A DNA stretch of 43,869 nt from Dehalococcoidia bacterium (GTDB taxonomy: Bacteria > Chloroflexota > Dehalococcoidia > DSTF01 > RBG-16-68-14). Within the stretch, counting starts at the first letter, position 1. The number at the start of each line of letters is the position of its first letter. Both the position numbers and the translations under genes were made by a program. Shown here piece after piece: positions 27,633 to 36,686 of the stretch. Location of the stretch: positions 1-43,869 of the forward strand of contig JBBEBM010000009.1 in NCBI GenBank assembly GCA_040882355.1, given 5' to 3'. The notes under the pieces are model-generated. The model saw only the letters and a list, made by a program, of their open reading frames with translations, had not been told where the DNA came from and searched no databases.

Positions 27633-28337
27633 CTACCCCTCGGCCTCTACTTCGCTCGGCGCGCTGCGCAGCCATTCGGGCGGGCCGTCTAGAGGGAAGC
27701 CGTCACCCCAGCGGGCGCGCAGGTCGGCGACGCGGCGGCCGAGGAGCTGGCGAAACCCTGACGATCGCAAGGGAGGCGTGGTCATCAGCACCGCGTCCTC
27801 CTGGTTGTCGCTGTAGTAGCGCGCGCGCACGCCCACCTGCGCGAAGCCGTACTTCTCGTACAGCGCGCGCGCGGCCAGGTTCGAGAAGCGGTACTCCAAT
27901 GTGACCACGTCCTGCCGTGCGTCGATCGCCGCTTCCAGCGACGCCACGAGCAGCAGCTCGCCGATGCCTTCCCGCCGGCAGTCCTGGCGCACGGCGATCG
28001 TCACGATGTGGCCCTCGCCCATCACAAGCCAGAGGCCCACCAGACCCAGGATGCGCTCGCGCCGGGTTTCGGGCAGCGGCAATCCCCCGAAGAAGCGCCG
28101 CACGCGCGCCGCTACCCTCTCGTGCGGAGAAGCAGCCTCCGGCGGGTCGGCGCCTCCGCCTTCCTGGTCCGCGGGCTCGTACGCGACGAAGTAGCGGGCC
28201 ATCTTGTTCTTCAGCTCGCGCTGGTAGACCGTCTGCGGCCACATGGTGGGGAAAGACTGGCGCTCGATATCGAGCACCTGAGGGATATCGCCCGCGTCCA
28301 TGAGGCGAATGCGACAGCGAGTTGCGGTTGCGCGCAT
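27633..28337 (-). CDS. rimI: Ribosomal-protein N-acetyltransferase RimI-like
   Basis: DIPQVLDIERQSF..W, EGHIVTIAV, RREGIGELL, LE.R.SN, LYEKYGF..VGVRARYYSDNQEDAVLM. Confidence 0.88.
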   Translation of the reverse strand: MRATATRCRIRLMDAGDIPQVLDIERQSFPTMWPQTVYQRELKNKMARYFVAYEPADQEGGGADPPEAASPHERVAARVRRFFGGLPLPETRRERILGLVGLWLVMGEGHIVTIAVRQDCRREGIGELLLVASLEAAIDARQDVVTLEYRFSNLAARALYEKYGFAQVGVRARYYSDNQEDAVLMTTPPLRSSGFRQLLGRRVADLRARWGDGFPLDGPPEWLRSAPSEVEAEG

Positions 28338-28485
28338 CGTCGTTCCTCGACAGAACCCCAGAGCAGGAAGTGTAGCACAGGGAGCGGCGCGCGGCACCCT
28401 GGCCTTGACGGCATCGGATGCGCGGAGTAGCATGGCTCTCGCCTGGGGGCACTCCCGTGCCGCCGGCCTCAAGGGAGGGTGCACT

Positions 28486-29799
28486 ATGGTGCTCCGTCTG
28501 GCCGTCCTGGTGATCGGCACCGTTTCGCTTGTCGCCTTCGCCAGCGATTCACTGCGCGCCGTCAGACCCGCGTCCGCCGGCCCCGGGGACCCGGTGCTGG
28601 TCGGCGCGGGCGACATCTCCACCTGCGCAAACAACAACGACGAGACGACGGCAGCGCTCCTCGACAGCATCCCGGGCGCCGTCTACACGCTGGGCGACCA
28701 CGCGTATAACAACGGTACCGCGACCGAGTTCGCCAACTGCTACGACCTCACCTGGGGCCGGCACAGGGCCCGCACCCGGCCCGCGGCCGGCAACCACGAC
28801 TACAACACTTCGAACGCGACCCCCTACTACGACTACTTCAACGGGACCGGCAACTTCACCGGACCGGCAGGCGACCGCGACAAGGGCTACTACAGCTACG
28901 ACCTGGGCGACTGGCACATCATCGTCATCAACAGCAACTGCTCCGCGATCGGCGGGTGCCAGGCAGGCTCCACCCAGGAGCAGTGGTTACGGGCCGACCT
29001 CGCGGCCAACGCCACGACGTGCACGCTGGCCTACTGGCACCACCCGCGCTTCAGCTCCAGCGCCGTGCACGGCAACCACGCCTTCATGCAGCCGGTCTGG
29101 CAGGCGCTCTACGATTACGGCGCCGACGTTGTGCTCAGCGGCCACGACCACAACTACGAGCGCTTCGCGCCCCAGGACCCGACCGGCGCCGCCGACCCGA
29201 CGCGCGGCATCAGGGAGTTCGTCGTCGGGACGGGCGGGTACAGCCATTACGCATTTGCGGCGCCCCAACCCAACAGCGAGCTGCGCGACGCCGTCACGTA
29301 CGGCGTGCTCAAGCTCACCCTTCACGCGACGAGTTACGACTGGGAGTTCGTGCCGGAGCCGGGCGAGCTCTTCACCGACACCGGTTCGGACGGCTGTGTC
29401 GACCAGTCCGATGACGACCTGGACGGCTGCTTCGCCGCTGTCGAGCTCGGCACGAACCCGGCGCTCGGCGGCTTGCGCGACCCGTCCAGCTTCTGGGACT
29501 TCATGGACGTCTGGGCGGGCGAGCCGCCGTCGCGCGACAGGAACGTGAGCATCTCCGACGTCGGCGCCATCGTCGGGCGCTTCGGCAAGATGCACGCGAC
29601 ACCGCCGACGAAGCCCGAAGCCCTCGCGGAGGCGCTCACGCCGCCCACCGACCTGACCGGCTACCACGCCGACTTCGACCGCAACGGCGCGTCCGGCCCC
29701 AACCCAAGCGACGTCCTTCCGCCGGACGGCGTCATCTCCATCGGTGATGTCGGCCTCGCGGTCACGCAGTTCGGCCACACCTGCGCCGGCCCGCCGTAG
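28486..29799 (+). CDS. Secreted metallophosphoesterase with Chloroflexi-type C-terminal (flexitail-like) domain
   Basis: Signal peptide; GAGDI, LGD, GNHDY, WHHP, SGHDHNYER; C-terminal DDDLDGC...LGGLRDP..FWDF...QFGHTC. Confidence 0.85.
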   Translation: MVLRLAVLVIGTVSLVAFASDSLRAVRPASAGPGDPVLVGAGDISTCANNNDETTAALLDSIPGAVYTLGDHAYNNGTATEFANCYDLTWGRHRARTRPAAGNHDYNTSNATPYYDYFNGTGNFTGPAGDRDKGYYSYDLGDWHIIVINSNCSAIGGCQAGSTQEQWLRADLAANATTCTLAYWHHPRFSSSAVHGNHAFMQPVWQALYDYGADVVLSGHDHNYERFAPQDPTGAADPTRGIREFVVGTGGYSHYAFAAPQPNSELRDAVTYGVLKLTLHATSYDWEFVPEPGELFTDTGSDGCVDQSDDDLDGCFAAVELGTNPALGGLRDPSSFWDFMDVWAGEPPSRDRNVSISDVGAIVGRFGKMHATPPTKPEALAEALTPPTDLTGYHADFDRNGASGPNPSDVLPPDGVISIGDVGLAVTQFGHTCAGPP

Positions 29800-29931
29800 C
29801 GCGGCTCCAGCGTCCAGCTTCGAGAACTCGGTGTGCCATTTCCCAATCGGATAGCGTATAATTACGCCGCGCAGCCGGGGTGGCGCCCGGCAACCCGCGC
29901 CAACACGACCAGGGTGGGAAGGAGTACCTCT

Positions 29932-31791
29932 ATGCTGAACGCTGCCCTCAACGGCAAGATCCTCAACGTCAACCTCAGCGCCGGAACGACCGAGCCCGAG
30001 GTGATCCCGGAGGAGACCTATCGCAAGTATCTGGGAGGCTACGGCCTGGGCGCCCGCCTCCTCTTCGACCGCATCCCGCAGGGCGCCGACCCGCTGGGCC
30101 CCGACAACATCCTGGGCTTCTTCCCCGGCCTGCTCACGGGCACGCCGCTTTTCGGCATCCGCTACCAGGCCGTCGCCAAGTCGCCGAAGAACAACGGCTG
30201 GGGAGACGCCAACTGCGGCGGCGACTTCGGCCCATTCCTCAAGCACGCCGGCTGGGACGGCCTCCTGCTCTTAGGGCAAGCCGAGAAGCCGGTCTACATC
30301 CTCATCCAGGACGACCAGGTCGAGATCAAGGACGCCGGCGATCTCTGGGGCATGCTCGCCATCGACGTGGAGGACGCGCTCAAGCAGCGCCACGGCAAGA
30401 AAGCGAGCGTCGCCTGCATCGGCCCGGCCGGCGAAACGCTGTCGTACATGGCCGGCATCTGTAACGAGCGCGGCCGGCTCGCTGCCCGCAGCGGCCTGGG
30501 CGCCGTGATGGGCTCGAAGAAGGTGAAGGCGATCGTTTGCCTCGCCTCGCGCAACATCCTCGCCGGCGACAGCAAGGACGTGCGGATGATGGTGCGCACC
30601 TCGCTCGACGAGTTCGTCAAGCCGCTCGCAGGCTTCTTCCGCAAGTACGGCACGACCGGCATCACGGCCGGCTCGGCCATGTCGGGCGACTCACCGGTGA
30701 AGAACTGGGGCGGCGTCGGCGTCGCCGACTTCCCGGACGCCGCCGCGCTCGCGGGCGACAACTTCAACGCGAAGATGGAGAAGAACTACGCCTGCTGGCA
30801 CTGCCCGCTCGCGTGCGGCGCCGAGAGCGTCGAGTCGACCAACCCGAAGTACCCCTACCCCCACCACACCCACCGCGCCGAGTACGAGGCCGCGGCCGCC
30901 TTCGGCACGATGACCCTCAGCGCCGACGTCGACTTCCTCCAGTACTGCAACCACCTCTGCAACCAGTACGGCCTCGACGTCATCTCGGCAGGCGCGACCG
31001 TCGCCTTCGCCATCGAGTGCTACGAGAACGGCCTGATCACGAAGGAGGACACCGCCGGGCTGGAGCTGACGTGGGGCAACCCCGACTGCGTCGTCGACAT
31101 GCTCAACTTGATCGGAAAGCGCGAAGGCATCGGCGAGCTCTTCGCCGACGGCATCCGGCCCGCGGCCGATAAGCTGGGGCCGTCCGCCGAGCCGTTCGCG
31201 ATGGAGGTCGGCGGCGAGGAGCTGCCGATGCACGACCCCAAGCTCCAGCCGGAGTTCTTCACGGCCTACAAGCTGGACCCGACGCCCGCCCGCCACACGC
31301 AGTACGAGGGCGCCACCCGGCCCGAGTGGGGCCTGGCCCCGGCGGTGCAGGACCGCGCCGAGGCTGGGGGCCGGGGGGAGCACCACAAGGGCCGCGCCGA
31401 GTACATGCACGTCGTCAACAGCGCCGGCATGTGCCAGTTCATCATGATGGCCGCGCCCAACAACCGCATCCCGGAGTGGATCAACCTCACCACCGGCTGG
31501 GACACCACGAACGAGGAGATCCTTCAGGCGGGCGAGCGCATCGCCAACCTGCGCATGGCCTTCAGCATCCGCGAGGGCGACATCGTGACGAAGCGGCACG
31601 TGCCGGACCGGCTCGTCGGCAACCCACCGCTGGCCGCGGGCCCGCACCAGGACTTCAAGCTGGACACCGACACGATCGAGAAGGAGTTCCTCGCGGCATG
31701 CGGCTGGGACGCAGAGACCGCTACGCCCAGCAAGGCGAAGCTCGCCGAGCTCGGCATCGAGGACGTCGCCGAAGCGATCGGCGCGCGCTAA
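29932..31791 (+). CDS. aor: Aldehyde:ferredoxin oxidoreductase family (W/Mo-pterin)
   Basis: YLGGYGLG, ACIGPAGE, ARSGLGAVMGSKKVKA, CWHCPLAC, EYE, CNQYGLD, MHDP; TATAAT at 29857-29862 and AAGGAG RBS. Confidence 0.93.
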   Translation: MLNAALNGKILNVNLSAGTTEPEVIPEETYRKYLGGYGLGARLLFDRIPQGADPLGPDNILGFFPGLLTGTPLFGIRYQAVAKSPKNNGWGDANCGGDFGPFLKHAGWDGLLLLGQAEKPVYILIQDDQVEIKDAGDLWGMLAIDVEDALKQRHGKKASVACIGPAGETLSYMAGICNERGRLAARSGLGAVMGSKKVKAIVCLASRNILAGDSKDVRMMVRTSLDEFVKPLAGFFRKYGTTGITAGSAMSGDSPVKNWGGVGVADFPDAAALAGDNFNAKMEKNYACWHCPLACGAESVESTNPKYPYPHHTHRAEYEAAAAFGTMTLSADVDFLQYCNHLCNQYGLDVISAGATVAFAIECYENGLITKEDTAGLELTWGNPDCVVDMLNLIGKREGIGELFADGIRPAADKLGPSAEPFAMEVGGEELPMHDPKLQPEFFTAYKLDPTPARHTQYEGATRPEWGLAPAVQDRAEAGGRGEHHKGRAEYMHVVNSAGMCQFIMMAAPNNRIPEWINLTTGWDTTNEEILQAGERIANLRMAFSIREGDIVTKRHVPDRLVGNPPLAAGPHQDFKLDTDTIEKEFLAACGWDAETATPSKAKLAELGIEDVAEAIGAR

Positions 31792-31823
31792 GCCGAGGAG
31801 GCCACACGCGACAAGAGAGGGGG

Positions 31824-31833
31824 NNNNNNNNNN
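31824..31833. other. Assembly gap (10 N)
   Basis: Run of n in the sequence. Confidence 1.
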
Positions 31834-31927
31834 CCTGGAACCGAGTTCCAGGGCCCTCCTCCTTGCGTCGCCTGACGGTCTGATACACTCGACGGGCGAT
31901 AACCCAAACTCACCGAAGGAGCGTCAC

Positions 31928-33166
31928 ATGAACAGCGAGTTGCAGGCCACGACGGACGCCGGACGCCGATTCGTCGCGCTCGCCGAAGAGCACGCCGCAG
32001 ACTTCGCGACGCGCGCCGACCAGCACGATCGCGAGGCGTCATTTCCTCACGAGAACATCAAGGCATTGCAGGAGAGCGGCTTCCTTGCGGGCCCGGTCCC
32101 GGAAGAGTTCGGCGGGCTGGGCGTCCAAACGCTGCACGACATCTCCGTGGGCATGAGCCGCCTCAGCCGCGGCTGCGCGTCGACAGCCATCGCAGCGAAC
32201 ATGCATATAGCAGCCGCCTGGGAAATGAGCCGCATCTGGCGCTGGCGTGCGCAGGCCGCGCCTGGCATGCCCGAGGCGGTCGAAGGGCTCATGCGCGGCA
32301 TCGCGGCGAAGCAGATCATCGCGTGCGGCGCCAACACGGAGGCTGGCACCGACCTGAGCTCGCCCATGACCGAGGCGACGCCGACTGAGGACGGCTATGT
32401 GATCAACGGCCGCAAGATGTTCGGCACGCTGTCGCCCGCGGCGACGTTAATCTTCTCATTCGTCCGCGTTCCGGAGGGCGGTGGCTATCGAGGCGGCCTG
32501 GCGTTCTACCCGAAGAACGCGCCGGGCGTCACCGTGCTCGACAACTGGGACGCGATGGGCATGCGCGCCTCCGGAAGCCACGACATCCTCCTGGAAGATC
32601 TGCGGGTGCCCAGGGCGGGCCTCGTGCCGGGCCGCACCTGGGGCGTGCTGGACGCAGGCGCCGCTGACACATACGTCTCGCTCAATTTCTCGCTCGCGTG
32701 CTGTTTCCTCGGCATCGGGGAAGCGGCGCGGGACCTCGCCATCGAGCGCGCCACGCGCAAGAAGGGCCCCAGCGGGAAGGCGCTCGCCGAGCGCATCCCG
32801 ATCCAGCAGCTCATCGCGGAGATCGAGATCGACCTTGCGACATCGCGCGCGATCGTCGACCGCGTGGCGCACATGGCCGACGCGCACTTCTCGGCCTATG
32901 CGCCGGGCCAGACGCCCAGCGCGGAAGCGTACGCGATGCTCAAGGAGAACCAGATCATGAAGTGGGTCGTCCAGCGCAAGGCCATCGACATCGTCGACAA
33001 GGCGATGACGGCGACCGGCGGCTCGGCCTACCTGGCCGGGAGCCCCTTCTCCCGCCTCTACCGCGACGTGCGGGCGGGCCCGTTCATGCAGCCGTTCGCG
33101 CCCTACGAGGCGCTGGAGTACATCGGCAAGGTGACGCTCGGCCTCGATCCGCAGCTCGACCGGTAG
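31928..33166 (+). CDS. Acyl-CoA dehydrogenase superfamily protein
   Basis: VPEEFGGLG, INGRKMF, NWDAMGMRASGSHD, GGSAY...RLYRDVRAG. Confidence 0.9.
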   Translation: MNSELQATTDAGRRFVALAEEHAADFATRADQHDREASFPHENIKALQESGFLAGPVPEEFGGLGVQTLHDISVGMSRLSRGCASTAIAANMHIAAAWEMSRIWRWRAQAAPGMPEAVEGLMRGIAAKQIIACGANTEAGTDLSSPMTEATPTEDGYVINGRKMFGTLSPAATLIFSFVRVPEGGGYRGGLAFYPKNAPGVTVLDNWDAMGMRASGSHDILLEDLRVPRAGLVPGRTWGVLDAGAADTYVSLNFSLACCFLGIGEAARDLAIERATRKKGPSGKALAERIPIQQLIAEIEIDLATSRAIVDRVAHMADAHFSAYAPGQTPSAEAYAMLKENQIMKWVVQRKAIDIVDKAMTATGGSAYLAGSPFSRLYRDVRAGPFMQPFAPYEALEYIGKVTLGLDPQLDR

Positions 33167-33196
33167 GCGAACGCGCTGAGGGGCGTTCGCCTACCG
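33161..33196. repeat. Perfect 14-bp stem hairpin overlapping the ACAD stop (REP- or terminator-like)
   Basis: CGGTAGGCGAACGC-8 nt-GCGTTCGCCTACCG. Confidence 0.65.
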
Positions 33197-33237
33197 TCGC
33201 GTTGGCCCACCCGGCCTTCTGTTACACTCGAATCGCC

Positions 33238-33474
33238 ATGATCCGCGTCAAGCTGTACAACCTCCTGGCCGAGCGTTCGCTCTCGGGCCAGGAGGAGTAC
33301 GCCGTGCCATACGAAGAAGGCATGCGCCCGCTCGACATCATCCACCGCGAGGGCTTCAAGGGCGAGGAGGCCGAGGCGATCGTCGTCCTCGTCAACGATG
33401 AGCAGGCCACCCGCGAGACGCCGCTGTCCGAGGGCGACCGCGTCGAGTTCCTGATCAACATGGTCGGCGGCTAG
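33238..33474 (+). CDS. MoaD/ThiS family sulfur-carrier protein
   Basis: 78 aa, VLVND, LSEGDRVEF, C-terminal GG; downstream of AOR. Confidence 0.9.
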   Translation: MIRVKLYNLLAERSLSGQEEYAVPYEEGMRPLDIIHREGFKGEEAEAIVVLVNDEQATRETPLSEGDRVEFLINMVGG

Positions 33475-33611
33475 CAGCGTGCTGAAAAAGCCCAGGAAGC
33501 AGTGTCATTCGTTCCCACCCACCCGCCCAGTGGCGTTTGGGTGAATCTGGGCGGACACCCCCTGACCCTCGGCATGGGGCGCTGGCCCCTGCACCCCGTT
33601 TCAGCAGCCTG
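33475..33611. mobile_element. MITE-like element (137 bp) with IS5/IS1182-like ends, flanked by CTAG
   Basis: CTAG-CAGCGTGCTGAAAA ... TTTTCAGCAGCCTG-CTAG; no internal ORF. Confidence 0.7.
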
Positions 33612-33623
33612 CTAGGGTCTCCG

Positions 33624-33714
33624 GGACGCAACAAGGCGGCCCAACGGTGGCCGCACAGGGCAGCCCCTGCAAAAGCGGTGGACGCAACAAGGCGGCCCTG
33701 AGGAGGGCCGCCTT
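33624..33714 (-). terminator. Duplicated hairpin module, 19-bp repeat x2, terminator-like
   Basis: GGACGCAACAAGGCGGCCC at 33624 and 33680; the second forms a 10-bp stem AAGGCGGCCC/GGGCCGCCTT. Confidence 0.55.
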
Positions 33715-33782
33715 TGTCTCCGAAGGTGTCGCGTTGTGTGGGTGACTGGTGGCTGTGCGACGAACCCTCGGTAGGAGGTCAC
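33680..33782 (-). ncRNA. Candidate small RNA (about 100 nt)
   Basis: GATACT -10-like hexamer at 33792-33787, 5' GUGACCUCCUAC, 3' GC-rich hairpin; no ORF. Confidence 0.3.
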
Positions 33783-33980
33783 CCTTAGTATCTCCTACGC
33801 GTGTTTCAGGCCTATGGCAAACCGATTAAATCTCTGTAAAATCGCGGAACCGGTCTTGAGCGAACGTGGGCGTGATCGCTTTCCGGCGCCTGGCGGGCGG
33901 CGAAACGCTAACAGAACGATTTCCTGCCCTTAATCTCCGTTCATCCGCTGTTAACCTGGCGCACCGATAATCGAGCCGAG

Positions 33981-34229
33981 ATGTCGATCCTCCAGGAAGA
34001 CACCGTCCTCTCGCCCCGTTCGCTGCGCATCGGCCGGATGGCTCGCCAGCGCCGCGCCCGACGCTGGGAACGCCTCGGGCGGCAGATCGCGCTCGGCCTC
34101 GAGTGGCTGGCGTACCACTCGCCGTACTCCATGCTCTCCGGCGAAGAGCTGTACCTCTACGATGAGCCCCTCGCTCGGTCGGCTGCAGGCGACGATCGCG
34201 CGCCGCCGGACGGTACGTCGCCCTCCTAG
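33981..34229 (+). CDS. Hypothetical small protein (82 aa)
   Basis: GATAAT -10 shortly before ATG, host-like codon usage, fills the gap before glyQS. Confidence 0.55.
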   Translation: MSILQEDTVLSPRSLRIGRMARQRRARRWERLGRQIALGLEWLAYHSPYSMLSGEELYLYDEPLARSAAGDDRAPPDGTSPS

Positions 34230-34312
34230 GCGCACCCCAGGCCCTCGCGCTTTACTTCGCATCGTCCATCTGGTAGTGTTTGCGATACGTTGCCTCACAT
34301 TCGATTCCGAAC

Positions 34313-35638
34313 ATGAGCGAAGCTGAAGAACGCCACGACGTCCAGATGGACACGCTCGCGTCGCTGTGCAAGCGGCGCGGCTTCATCTTCCCCAGCAGCG
34401 AGATCTACGGCGGCTTCGAGAGCACCTGGGACTACGGCCCGCTCGGTGTCGAGCTGAAGCAGAACGTCAAGCGCGCCTGGTGGCGGGCGATGGTCCAGGA
34501 GCGCGACGACATGGTCGGCCTCGACTCCTCGATCCTGATGTCGCCCCGCGTCTGGGAGGCGAGCGGCCACACCACGCACTTCCAGGACCCGCTGGTGGAG
34601 TGCAAGAGCTGCCGGCGCCGCTTCCGTCAGGACGACATCAAGAGCGACCGCTGCCCGGAGTGCGGAGGCGAGCTGGCCGAAGCGCGCATGTTCAACACCA
34701 TGTTCAAGACCTTCGTCGGCCCGGTGGAGGAGGACGCCTCGGTCGCCTACCTGCGGCCGGAGACGGCCCAGGGCATCTTCGTCAACTTCGAGAACGTCCT
34801 CGACACCACCCGCCGCAAGCTGCCCTTCGGCGTGGCGCAGCAGGGCAAGTCGTTCCGCAACGAGATTACGACCGGCCACTTCATCTTCCGCCTGCGCGAG
34901 TTCGAGCAGATGGAGATGGAATACTTCGTCAAGCCCGGCACGGACGACGAGTGGTACGACTACTGGCGCAACGAACGCCTCAACTGGTTCATCCGCTTCG
35001 GCGCGAAACGAGAGCACCTGCGCCTGCGCGAGTACACGCCCGAGGAGCTCGCGCACTACTCGTCCGGCACCACGGACATCGAGTTCCTCTATCCGATGGG
35101 TTGGGCGGAGCTGGAGGGCATCGCCAAGCGCAGCGACTACGACCTGCGCAAGCACGCCGAGGCGAGCGGGCGCCGCCTGGAGTTCTTCGACGAGGAGTCG
35201 AGCGAGCACATCGTGCCCTACGTCGTCGAGCCCGCGGTCGGCGTCGATCGCTGCGTCCTCGTCTTCCTGCTCGACGCCTACCACGAGGAGGAGGTGCGCG
35301 GCGAGCAGCGGGCGCTGCTGCGCTTCACGCCGGCCCTCGCGCCGATCAAGGTCGCCGTGCTGCCCCTCAGCCGCAACGAGAAGCTGGCGCCGACCGCGCG
35401 AAAGGTCTGGGACCTGCTCCGACCGCTGTTCATGACGCAGTTCGACGACGCGCAGAGCATCGGGCGGCGCTACCGGCGTCAGGACGAGATCGGCACGCCC
35501 CTTTGCGTCACCGTCGACTTCGACACCATTGACGACGACGCCGTCACCATCCGCGAGCGGGATAGCATGGAGCAGCTCCGCGTCCCCATCGCCAACCTCG
35601 TCGCCGCCCTCCGAGAGCGGCTGCCCGACGTCCTCTAA
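34313..35638 (+). CDS. glyQS: Glycine--tRNA ligase (alpha2 type)
   Basis: KRRGFIFPSSEIYGG, WDYGPLG, YLRPETAQG, GKSFRNEI, REFEQME, IGRRYRRQDEIGTP. Confidence 0.97.
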   Translation: MSEAEERHDVQMDTLASLCKRRGFIFPSSEIYGGFESTWDYGPLGVELKQNVKRAWWRAMVQERDDMVGLDSSILMSPRVWEASGHTTHFQDPLVECKSCRRRFRQDDIKSDRCPECGGELAEARMFNTMFKTFVGPVEEDASVAYLRPETAQGIFVNFENVLDTTRRKLPFGVAQQGKSFRNEITTGHFIFRLREFEQMEMEYFVKPGTDDEWYDYWRNERLNWFIRFGAKREHLRLREYTPEELAHYSSGTTDIEFLYPMGWAELEGIAKRSDYDLRKHAEASGRRLEFFDEESSEHIVPYVVEPAVGVDRCVLVFLLDAYHEEEVRGEQRALLRFTPALAPIKVAVLPLSRNEKLAPTARKVWDLLRPLFMTQFDDAQSIGRRYRRQDEIGTPLCVTVDFDTIDDDAVTIRERDSMEQLRVPIANLVAALRERLPDVL

Positions 35639-35740
35639 GGGCACTCGTCATCCCTGCTGGCGGAGCATCCGAGACCGGTCGGCACATTCAATCGAGCATC
35701 GGCCCTCACGCTGAGAGCTGACCCCACGACGTACGAGAAA

Positions 35741-35760
35741 GCCAGGCGGTTTCGCCTGGC
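35741..35760 (-). terminator. Intrinsic terminator-like hairpin between convergent glyQS and ferredoxin
   Basis: GCCAGGCG-GTTT-CGCCTGGC, followed by TTTC on the minus strand. Confidence 0.55.
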
Positions 35761-35789
35761 CTTCGATCTCTACGTCGCTGGGCGACGCG

Positions 35790-36077
35790 TTACGCTGGTG
35801 CGACCTCTTTCACCTTGGCCCGCGCGGCGTCCTTGTCCTTGAACCAGAGCGCATTGATCTCTGTATAGACCTTCATGTTGTCGGGCACGTCGTCCTCCGC
35901 GAAGATCGCGGTCACCGGACAGGCGGGCTCGCACGCGCCGCAGTCGATGCACTCATCCGGGTCGATGTAGAGGATCTGGTCGTCGTCGCCGTCGTCGTGG
36001 ATGCAGTCCACCGGGCACACGTCGACGCAGGAGCGGTCCTTGGTGCCGATGCACGGTTCGGTGATGGTGTAGGTCAT
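35790..36077 (-). CDS. Ferredoxin, FdxA-type (7Fe-like)
   Basis: EPCIGTKDRSCVDVCPVDCI, ECIDCGACEPACPV; AGGAGG RBS and TAGAAT -10. Confidence 0.95.
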   Translation of the reverse strand: MTYTITEPCIGTKDRSCVDVCPVDCIHDDGDDDQILYIDPDECIDCGACEPACPVTAIFAEDDVPDNMKVYTEINALWFKDKDAARAKVKEVAPA

Positions 36078-36228
36078 GAGTGCGTCGCCTCCTGAATGAC
36101 TCTCTAGCTTGCGGGCCTATTCTACTGCGGAGCCGATTCTGAAGGAAGGCATTTAGCAAGCCATTGCTTACTAAACTGCCACATTCTCAGCCCGGCCTCG
36201 AATCTGCGCCCCGGCAGGGCGTCGGCGC

Positions 36229-36283
36229 GTAACAGTCTTGTAACCCGCATGCAGCCATTCGGTCATCGTCGCGTAACAGTGGC
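36229..36283 (+). promoter_or_regulatory. 11-bp phased direct-repeat array (OmpR/PhoB/GlnR-type operator candidate)
   Basis: GTAAC 36229, GTAAC 36240, GCAGC 36251, GTCAT 36262, GTAAC 36273. Confidence 0.55.
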
Positions 36284-36312
36284 GCTCTAGAGTGAGGCCG
36301 AACGTGGGTGGG

Positions 36313-36666
36313 ATGGCTGAGACAATGATCGCAAGCCTGCTGTCCACCGGCTCCTTTCCGTCCGACGAAGCGCCTGCCATGTCGGCAGGCAACGTGCGGG
36401 TGGACGTCGCGAGGTATCAGGCCTTCGTCGCAGAGAAGCCGGTCACTCTCACGTACCAGGAGTTCGAGCTGTTGCGACTACTCGTCGGCAAGCCAAACCG
36501 AATCGTCCGATACGACGAGCTCATCGTAGGGCTCTGGCGGGACGCCGCAGACGGCTCTCGCCGCCGCCTTGGCGTCGTCATCTGCCGGTTGCGGGCCAAG
36601 CTGTCCGGCGCTAGCCCCTACCGGATCCAAACGGTTCGAGGTCGAGGGTACGGCCTGCTGACCTGA
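36313..36666 (+). CDS. OmpR/PhoB-type winged-helix DNA-binding protein without receiver domain; start uncertain
   Basis: LTYQEFELLRLL, VVICRLRAKL, IQTVRGRGY. Confidence 0.82.
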   Translation: MAETMIASLLSTGSFPSDEAPAMSAGNVRVDVARYQAFVAEKPVTLTYQEFELLRLLVGKPNRIVRYDELIVGLWRDAADGSRRRLGVVICRLRAKLSGASPYRIQTVRGRGYGLLT

Positions 36667-36686
36667 TTCGATACGCTGGCCCTGCG

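Noticed and set aside
33624..33698. Two 19-bp repeats 56 bp apart as a mini CRISPR array
   Set aside because: Only two short copies, explained as terminator-like hairpin arms; no cas genes in the window.
34230..34312. T-box or glycine riboswitch upstream of glyQS
   Set aside because: No GGTGG.ACCGCG T-box bulge or glycine aptamer pattern was recognised, and the gap is only about 80 nt.
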